Of a DNA stretch of 20,000 nt, positions 11,128-20,000 are shown piece by piece. Where the stretch lies: positions 44,045 to 64,044 of the forward strand of contig ML002234.1 of NCBI GenBank assembly GCA_003614675.1, written 5' to 3'. The translations under genes and the position numbers were made by a program. Below the pieces are notes generated by a model. The model saw only the letters and a list, made by a program, of their open reading frames with translations, was not told the DNA's origin and ran no database searches. This DNA is from Dimargaris cristalligena. Its lineage: Eukaryota. Numbering within the stretch: the stretch's first letter is position 1; the number at the start of each line of letters is the position of its first letter.

Positions 11128-12752
11128 GGCACCTCCTTCAACTGGATCTCACATTTCTGCCACTTGACTTGAAATATACTCGTTCCGCCCTCAGTACCAT
11201 TCACCCCCCTCCCACCCTTTCTTTTTTATTTTAGTGACTGCAATCCGATCCAGGAACAGGCCCCTAGGATATTTGAGCCATGTCTTTTATATATTCAATT
11301 AAGATTTTGGGTGAATATGATTAGCAAGTCAACTCGTCTTTCCCACCCATATGTAAACTACAGTTAAATCGAGTAAACGGCCGCGGCTTTCCAACCTGTT
11401 CTTTCGTCCACAAAACCCTGGTGCGTATTTTTGCGATCGACTCGTTAATAGCCAAAATAGGCCGGCCCTCTATACTCTCCCCCTATTAAAAATTACACAC
11501 AAATATACACATGCACATTGATGCAAAGGAAGGATAAGTCGATAATAAGAAAGGGTTATTATAGAATGCAATTTAATTTGTGGTATACGGAACTAATATA
11601 AAACGGGGAATAGAAGCAGGAGTGAGGTACGTTTATAGATATAGGTTATGGCAGTGGAGCAAAACAAAGTGGGTGTTTATATATGAATATGATAAATAAT
11701 ACGATAGTAATAAAGAAACGATGTGGGAATGGCCCAAGTAAGATAATATAAACCCAAAGCCCTTCATCATTATTTCTTTCTTAAGCAAAAAAATACCCTA
11801 TCCATAACAATAAGCACGGCAAAATTCAACATCACTGAACAGGGGGGGCGGGAGTAAATGTATGTATAGTTATATAGATTCAGCACAGGCAGCTAATGTG
11901 TGATACACAACCAGGTAATAGAGGGGTATAGGTAAGAAAAAGGCGAAAATCATAGAAATGGTACGACTTAGCGCAAATATCTAATCCTAGTGGCTAACTA
12001 AATTCAACCGTGTCGAACCATGAAAAGGTTGAAGTATAGACAATATTATAGACAACTAAACTGCGCAAACTCGAATAGGCGAGGATATTGGCTAAACTGC
12101 CAAAAACGAAAATAGAAAAACAGGCGGAGATCTCCAGTGTAACGTATGATAGTACATGAGACAAGGCTAATGGGATTTGAAAATAGTAGGAAAAGCAAAA
12201 CTAATGAGAGGAATGGACATTGCAATAAGCAGGGTAACGACCAGGGAGAAAATGTTTTTAAAGTAAAAATGTAGAGTGCGAAGTCAAGCAATGGTGGGTG
12301 GTGTACTAAAAGTGAGGCGAATAGAGCTACGGTAATCATAGCAACATCTTCATCGCCAAAGTAGGTGCTAACGTATTCAATCTCCCCCGAGGAAATCAAA
12401 ACTCGAAGGCAGGAAACTATTGAGAACGTACTTTGCAAAATGAATAGATATATATAAAAATATAAATAGAAAGATAGATTAGGCGGGAAACAAAATAACA
12501 ATGGGAATGCCCTTCTCGTGTATACCGGGTTCATTACACGACTTGAATCCCGAGAGGTCATCGGATAACCAAGAGATACATACAAGTGTGTATGTCCTAC
12601 AAAGCAATTGATGGCGAACATGGTTTGCCCTAGCCACTGTGAAGCCGAAAGACGAGAAAGAAAAATAATAGAATGTAGATGAAAGAAATAGCGAGCAAAT
12701 CGAGCAGCCGAATCAAAGCATCCCTATGCGCCCATCGACAGCCTCCCTTGGT

Positions 12753-15018
12753 CTATTGACTAAGTTCAGCGTGGACGAATTTTAAAAAATCGTCCCGACT
12801 AGCGGCCTTCTGTAAAAATGGGTGGTTTAGCAACTTCTTGGCAGAAGGTCGAATCAAAGGGTCCATACGGGTTGCATTTTTAACGAAGTCGATAAAGTCA
12901 TCCGACCATAGCTCCGGTTCGTCAAAGGCGGGGCAACCAGAAGAAGCGATCAGGTAGAGAGTACGCAGGGGTGGGTACTCCAAATACGGTGGTAAGCCTT
13001 GGGCCATCTCGTAAGCCACAATACCAAAGCTCCAAATATCGGTTTTGGTGCCGTGGGGCCGGCCCAAGGCAATTTCGGGCGAAAACCAATAGGTGGTGCC
13101 CACCATGCCGTCCTGGGTCGGATTATCCGGGGTCAATTGGACGGCCCGACCAAAGTCGGAGATCTTCACCAATCCCCAATCGTTAATGAGCATATTATCA
13201 CTCCGGATATCGCGGTGCATACGCATATTGCTATGTAGGTAGTCGAGGCCTTGGAGGATGTCGATACAAACTCGGGCAATGCAGGGCTCATTCATGCGGC
13301 GTTCAGGGTAGTTCTCGAGAAGGTCGGTTAGAGGACCCAGTCCCATGTACTCGTAGACAATGTAAAGGGAATCGTCGAAGAAATGGCAGCCCCGGTAGTC
13401 GACAATGTGAGTGTGGGTATTGGATTTAAGAATAAGGATCTCATGATGAATATCCGAGATCCGGTCGGACGATTTTGGAATTACTTTGATAGCCACCTAG
13501 AGTAATACGAGGCAAAGTAGTGATAAATAAGGTGGGGGTTAGGACGGGCTAGCTAATACCTGGGGGTGGGTGAATATTAATCCCAATGAATAGGCGAACA
13601 TGTAGATGGTGGAACCAGAGTGACAATAGCAACCTATGGTAAATAGATAATGGACATACCTTGAGCCCAGTGGAGATTTCGCGGGTTCGGAACATTTCGC
13701 CCGACTCGCCGCCAGCAAATAGCTCATAGGGTTCGAAAAGGGAATCGGGATCATTGGAGTCGATCAAGTCACTAACACTGGTAGGTCGATTTCGGATAAC
13801 CAAGCGAGCGGCAGGGGTGGGAGTAGCGATGGCCTGTTCAAGTACGTTTCGAGCGGATATGCTCTGGGGCCGCGAGCGCCGGTTCATTTCCCGCCGTGAA
13901 ACACTGGTCGAACTGAAGGGGTCGACGGGCGAGGTAGCGGAAAGCAGTTCAGTAGGGACTGGGGCTGGGGCGGCTGGTATAGTCAGGGCCAGGGTGGGAG
14001 GGGCGGTGGCTTTAACCGGAATCGAAGACGGCTCTACTCGCTGGGCTGCCGAGGATTCGGCGGTGTTGTCTACCTCTAAATTAAAAACGGAAAGACTGGT
14101 TGGCGTAGGGGCCTGGGGAGGTGTATTAAAGGAAGCGGAGGATCGACCATTGATATTAAAGGGGGAGATGAGCGGGGAATCGGACAGAAGGGGGGCGGGA
14201 ATATGGGGGAAACCGGCGGAGTCGGCCCGGGCCGGGGTCGATAAGGGGTTGGGGGAGGGGGGGAGCCCGTCGTCTTCGGAGCGACAGGGATAGGCGGGAG
14301 ATAGAACGGAGTCGGACGAAGAGACCAAATCGGCACTAGTGTCGGCGGGTAGGTTGGATAGAGTGGAGGTTGCGCGGGACGAAGCGAGTGAATTATCTTG
14401 TTGGGATTTGTCGCTGCTCTTGCGGTCGGTAGGCTGACCGGTGGCGCGGTCGTTCAGAGACGACATGGAGCCGGAATTCTTACGAGCCCGAAAGCGGTCG
14501 AGTAGGTCCTTCCATTCGGACGGTAGCTGGTCATAAATGAAGCCGACATTCTCAATGTCCACGTGAATGTTGTGTTTGAAATTATAGGGCAGGCCAATGG
14601 CGTTGGCCTCCCACGCCCTTACGTAGCGGTCGGAATCGGCGGCGGAGGTGGGGAGTAAAACGGGATTAAGGTTGGTGGTATCCATGGTCTGGTCCACGTC
14701 ACCCATTGGGAAATTTTCCTGCCAAACGTCGGGAACACCCAGGTATTTGCCAGTGTCCATGTCGATTTCAATGTGGACACCGTGGTGCACCTGGGTCGGC
14801 CGGCCGATTTCCTGGATACCATTGGCGAACATAGGGTTAAGGGGGCGGGACGACGAGTTGGTCCGTTCTTTGCTCCAGAATTTACCGCGGCCCTCTGAAC
14901 GGGCCCGAGTGCCTTCAGGGGAAGTACTGCTATCGGCGGAGCTAGCCCCGTTCTCCGACTGACGGCCGAACGAGGGTAGGCCAGTATTTTTGAAATTAAG
15001 TCGGGGTATTGACTTCAT
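12753..15018 (-). CDS. p21-activated (PAK/Ste20-family) Ser/Thr kinase with two CRIB/PBD modules, 700 aa, 2 coding exons
   Basis: Exon 1 is 15018-13660, intron 13659-13497 (AAG|GTATGT...CTAG|), exon 2 13496-12753. CRIB motifs IGRPTQVHHGVHI and IGLPYNFKHNIHV. Kinase motifs AGGESG, VAIK, alphaC Glu (HHEIL), HRDIRSDN, DFG, MVGTTYWFSPE, DIWSFGI, and PAK-typical GLPPYLEYPPLRTLYLI and LLNHPFL. Confidence 0.93.
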
Positions 15019-15312
15019 AATGATTATTGGAAGATATTGCGGAAAGAGGGCTGGGAATGTGAAAAAAGCGGAGGGGCTGTAGAAAACGCGGACGCGAGTT
15101 TGGACCGACGGCCACTAACGAGGCTTGACAGTTAGTGAGGGCAGGGCGCACAGCGGGAGCGGGAAAGTGACGCAGATAAAGGGGGTATTGTTGAAGTGTG
15201 GGAGCGGCAAGTTCGCTAGGACTGTGCAACCAAAGGGAACCGGAAGCGGGACTTGGCTAAACTAGCGGATGAAAGTCACCGGTGGTGGTGGGAGGGGGCT
15301 TGCGAATAGAGC

Positions 15313-15317
<5 letters not shown>

Positions 15318-15345
<28 letters not shown>

Positions 15346-15371
15346 TGTGTGTGTGTGTGTGTGTGTGTGTG
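15318..15371. repeat. Compound (AG)n(TG)n microsatellite upstream of the PAK start codon
   Basis: AG run 15318-15345 directly followed by TG run 15346-15371. Confidence 0.95.
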
Positions 15372-16576
15372 GGAGACTATAGGGTCAGGGAACTCTAGGG
15401 TCTAGGAAGAAGGATGGGCACAATGGAAGGAAGGAAGGAAGGGAAGGGAAAACAAGAAATTTAATAAAAGAATTGGGCAAGCAATTAGGGGGGACAGCGT
15501 ATAAGCCGAATAAGCCCACGCGAGAAAAGAGAAAGAGGGGCGCTTAAGCAGTTCGACGCAGGGCAGGACTACACTATAGTATACTACTCTATCCAAGGCG
15601 TGGGTCCGCAAAAGGAAAGAGGGCCGTATGAGGAGAGCACTGCTGCCAATGGGAGGCAAATGTCGGTAAAGAAGTGTATGTTGACGATAAACGAATAAGC
15701 TAAACACTAGAAAACAACGTAAAGAGATGAGAGGAGGAGGGAGCGGACAATAGGAATAGAGGAGAGAACAGCATACACGGGGTATATAGTAAAGTAGATA
15801 GCTATCTAGGTCTATTTATCGATGTGAATGGAGTAATAAAAAGGAGAGAGGGGGGCCCCAAGTCAGGAACTGCATATAATAAATAGCCACTAGAGCCAAA
15901 CCAAGTAAGTGTGTGTATGTGAGGGTATAAAAAGAAGGCCGCGTGGTTCCAGCCAGCTGGGCGAGAGAGGGGGGATATAAAAGTAGTGCAGTCCCTCAAG
16001 AAGAAAAGAAACGGCGAGAAGGTTTGAGGTTGTTGATTCCACTCGCTCACCAACACGCTTTCTTATTCGGAATACGGCGCTGTAGGGGAGGAGGAGGGTC
16101 CACAGTACACCGTAAAATGGTGTTAGTGCTGGTTAGTTCGGGAGCGTTGGGTTTGCGCACGAGCCAAATATATAAAAAACACAAGCAATAAAACTTCCCT
16201 TCAAAGCGAATCAAACAGCCGCCCTCTCAGGTCAACCGAAAAAAAAACGGGGAGTTGGAAGTGGGGGGTTAATAAACACTGGGGGGAGGACTGTATTGTA
16301 AGCAAAGTGGGGCGGTACTGTTTGGAATGAGGAGGAGGAAGTAGGTTAGCCGTAAGTAGTAAGGCAGGTCGTTGGAAGATTAGATTAGTTAGAGTTAAAG
16401 CATGAAAAGACCAAACGACTAGGGCTAATACAATATGTAAATAGGCCAACAGATGAGAATGAATAAAAGAAAGGTAAATAAAAGGAAGGAAGAGTAAAGA
16501 AGAGGGAATCGGCAACTTGCTCTACTTTACTACCACTTAGACTTGCCTGAGCGGGAGGGGAAACTCCACTGTCTCT

Positions 16577-16610
16577 CTATGCTGTATGCTCTATGCTCTA
16601 TGCTATATGC
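16577..16610. repeat. Short tandem repeat, about 5 copies of NTATGCT
   Basis: ctatgct gtatgct ctatgct ctatgct atatgc. Confidence 0.85.
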
Positions 16611-16756
16611 GCCTACCCCAGTAGAATACTATTTGGCTCCGGGGGGGTTTCTTCCCACAGCCCGCCAGCAACAGCAGAGCATCCCTTGGAAACTAGCAGT
16701 CCAGTGGTAAGAATTATATACCATTCATTACATTATAATATAATATACGGATGAAA

Positions 16757-16759
<3 letters not shown>

Positions 16760-16792
<33 letters not shown>
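16760..16792. repeat. (TA)n microsatellite
   Basis: Direct TA run. Confidence 0.95.
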
Positions 16793-16795
<3 letters not shown>

Positions 16796-18343
16796 ATGAC
16801 GACGGCTTGACTCTTTTGGAGCAGGAACAATATATAATATCCCTCCTCCTCTTTTCTTTCACAATAAGGGGCCGCCGTCGTCAGTTTTGTCGTCAATACA
16901 TTCATTACACATACACTCGGCTTTCTGGGTTGGCAGGAGGGGCTGGCTGTTGTTTTCTTCTACACTTACCCGTTTTTAGCCCACCCCCCTCTTCCCATTT
17001 ATTTGGTAGCTGCCATTGTAACCCTAATCAGACTCTATATAATAAGCTAACCCCGACCGGTAGATTTTGGGGGGCGTTAGTTGTCACACACCACTAACAA
17101 TTCCCCACACAGCAGTAGAACCCTATTTATTACTGACCTTACTAATATACTACTCTACTTACCACTACTACATTATTCCCCCCTCCAGTCCACGATTTAC
17201 ACATCCTTCGCCTGCACACCACCAACCCCAGCTACTTTGGGCTATCAGGCGAACGATTGGTTTTCTGGTCGTCATACCAGGCATATCGATGACTCGCCCA
17301 TGCAAGTCCTCGTCGATCCTTTTTCAACCTGACCCCTCTTAATCAAGCCCCTCCCCCGATTTTACTCTTATAGATAATCCCAGACGGGAGGGAACGAAAA
17401 AAAGATGTATTATAAATGTATACGAACGGATGAGAGAGACGGTGAAGGAGAAATGAGGCCTCCAAGTGATGCGATGATGATCAGCATCCCTCTCCTTCCA
17501 CCCATTCATTATTCATTCGTCAATAAGTCCGATACCACCTTGAGGTCGTGCGATACTAGAAGTTTCGTGGATTCTCTAACCCCTTGACCAAGATAACGAA
17601 TAGACCAGGCCCAACGACCTCTTGGCAGCTGCTACATCAGTATTATTATTTTATTATGCTTGCCAATGGTGGCCACTATTGGTTCCAGGAAGTAGCGGCC
17701 CGGCTGACTGATTATCCCATTAGACCGTAAATATATCTATGCATAGACCCTTATTACTTCTACTACTACTGCTGCTGCTACATACAACCATACACACGCC
17801 AGGCCTGCTCGTGCCTTCCCCCTATCATAGAACAACGATAAACCAATTGCCTATCCATGTTCACCATCCCTTGTAATAGGCAACCCTGGTTTCTGAATAT
17901 TCACCCATCGGCCATCCAATCGACGGGATTATCCACCTTTCCCCCCATCTGCACTAAATGACGACCGGATAATATTATATATATATATATATACAGTCTC
18001 CCCTTTATTAGCCCCTATTTAACCATTGGTGACTAATTATTGATTATATACACAGGCTTAATATACCCTCTTCATCGTATCAAATACGGCCAAGGATCCT
18101 CCCATCCCAGACGGGTATGGTGGTAGTATTATGGCCAAGTGCATGTGGAAGGAAGATGCTTAATGCATTTATGCCATTAAATGGGTGATGGGCATGCCCA
18201 ACTGTCAATGGCTTGGCATTTCTTTCCCACCCATCTTCCCCACCGATGCCTCTCTTTCTCCTCTATACAGTGTGCACTCAAAACAGAGCCAGTCTAGGTC
18301 AACCATATCCACAAAAAGACCGTTAAGCAATGTTTATTTATAC

Positions 18344-18367
18344 ATATATATATATATATATATATAT
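18344..18367. repeat. (AT)n microsatellite
   Basis: Direct AT run. Confidence 0.9.
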
Positions 18368-20000
18368 TTAAAATACTAATACAACATAGGATCAAATGAA
18401 GAGCAGAGGTGTACTGTTGTTAGGCTGACTTCCCCCCCTACCCATTCATGTCCACCAAAAGGGACTACTGAATGGTCATCCGCATCATTTTGAAGGCCAT
18501 AATCACCAGTGATCGGGATCATACTGCCAGTCCGCTCCTACTCAATCTACCAGTAACTCACTACCACTATAAACCCTAATCATCAACATTGCCGAATATA
18601 TTCGAGTGGGTGGGGGTTCAGTCTGGCTGTATATGCAATTCCTCACTGTTTTTCATTTGTTTTCTCATTTCCATTTCCATGGCATTCCAAACCTATACAA
18701 CTGAGCCGGATCTCACCCAAATATATCTATATGCGAAACCCACCCACAGCTCGCTATAGGCTTCCTTACTCTCATTTCGGGTCCATGACCGTCTTTTTGT
18801 GTGGGGGGTGCTTGGAAAACCACGAAGTTTGGTCTGCTGGGTGATTGGTCAACCACTGCCGAAAATTGAAGGGAAGTGTTAAAGTCCAAATCACTCCCCT
18901 TGAATAAGAAGGTTGGTGATGTACTGTTGCTCCACTACTATTCTCAAATGGAAGTACTAGCCCAACAACATCCCTGGTTGAATATGGGAGTAATTCAACA
19001 GGGATGTATAACGAAAAATCCATTTGATGAGGCAAGTAAAGTACTACTGGTTGAAAATAAACATCCCACCGATTTTCCCATACACATATCGGTTAAAACC
19101 TTATACAACCAAGCTGAACTTCACCCATATTGTATTTAAACAGTACCCCATTAAATACTGGGAGTTATTGCATACACCACGGATCAGCTCGTGCGCTTCC
19201 AATCACAAGCAGCCCGCAAGGGCTTGGGAATATAGAATCATTGTTGACAAGCATTTATATTTTTGAAGCCAAGTAAAGGGGGGGAGTCGAAAGAAGGGGG
19301 GAGGGGAGATAAAATTAGGTGAAGGCAGACTGCCAAAGAATGAGAGAGGGGGGTGGAAGGTAAGAAGGGGAGGGTAGAATAGAGCAATGCAAGACTGGAC
19401 CATATAGCATTCATTTCAATCAATGCATAATGGTAAGAAGCACAAGAAATTAGGTACAAGACCCTTAGCCCAATTAAATCACACATGAATCTTCTTCACA
19501 TGTAGTAAAAAAAAGGGGCACGAGTAATTCCAACCTGCGTTCGGTGTCCAAATGGGCCAACCAGATGGTGAAGCAGGCCATTAACTAAATGCCCCGGCTG
19601 ATAAGGACTGGGAATCGGCCAGGATAGTTCCATCAAACTGTATGTGTCCCTTGAGGGGGTCAATCACACCACTAGTTTAAATACTGGAATCATCTTTGGA
19701 TTATCCATCCCTTTCCCGACATTTCATATTCTCTTTCTCTCTTCTCCCCTCCTTTTTTATATCCCAGCCCTCCATTCCCCCCCTTTATCTGTGCTCCCCT
19801 TTTTATTTTTTTATAAAATTGATTTTATCACCACCCCTTCTTCTCGTCTCCCCTCCTTTTACGTATCTCTCAGGTATGGCCTGCAGCAGTAGCCCTATTT
19901 ATGATTCTCTTTTCTCCTCCCTTATTCATACCATCTGGCCGGGGGCATTTATCCCCTAATCGTCCCATTTCCCCATTGATTCTGCTTTAAATTACTCGTG

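Noticed and set aside
12046..12621. 191-aa hydrophobic minus-strand ORF
   Set aside because: The Phe/Leu/Ile richness comes from T-rich sequence just downstream of the PAK stop, probably its 3' UTR. There is no recognisable motif.
186..13659. Possible minor (U12-type) introns
   Set aside because: All reconstructed donors are U2-type (GTAAGT, GTAGGT, GTAAGC, GTACGT, GTAAGA, GTATGT). None has RTATCCTT.
153..14962. Numerous antisense and alternate-frame ORFs overlapping the five genes (for example 153..590, 2163..2588, 7919..8335, 13754..14293)
   Set aside because: They are expected shadows of GC-rich coding sequence with no independent motifs.
17019..17027. TAACCCTAA, matching a telomerase RNA template or telo-box
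   Set aside because: A single 9-mer is plausible by chance in 20 kb, and I recognised no supporting pseudoknot or other conserved element.
18772..19266. Three overlapping 80-87 aa ORFs
   Set aside because: No recognisable domain or splice pattern, and the lengths are compatible with chance.
1..20000. The five genes as a functional cluster, or a CRISPR/defence-type system
   Set aside because: The genes have unrelated housekeeping, signalling and hydrolase roles in mixed orientation. I saw no repeat-spacer array, transposase, integrase or terminal repeats.

Overview
Eukaryotic, intron-containing DNA (GT-AG introns, CTAAC-type branch points, many dinucleotide microsatellites), most likely fungal. 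An early-diverging lineage is my impression from protein style only. I reconstructed five spliced protein-coding genes by hand: a probable Mediator subunit Med16/Sin4 (minus strand, runs off the left edge), an ALKBH1-type 2OG/Fe(II) dioxygenase (minus), a class 3 lipase (plus), an SPF45/RBM17-like UHM splicing factor (plus) and a PAK/Ste20-family kinase (minus). The last ~5 kb has no supportable gene. Three oddities stand out. (1) The lipase has a signal peptide started by a 6-nt first coding exon, no cysteines, and a ~120-aa insert carrying several SH3-type proline motifs, so it is a possible host-cytoplasm effector. (2) The PAK has a tandemly duplicated p21-binding module and no canonical activation-loop Thr. 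(3) The SPF45 lacks a G-patch. I found no RNA gene, CRISPR array or mobile element I can support, and no multi-gene system is evident.
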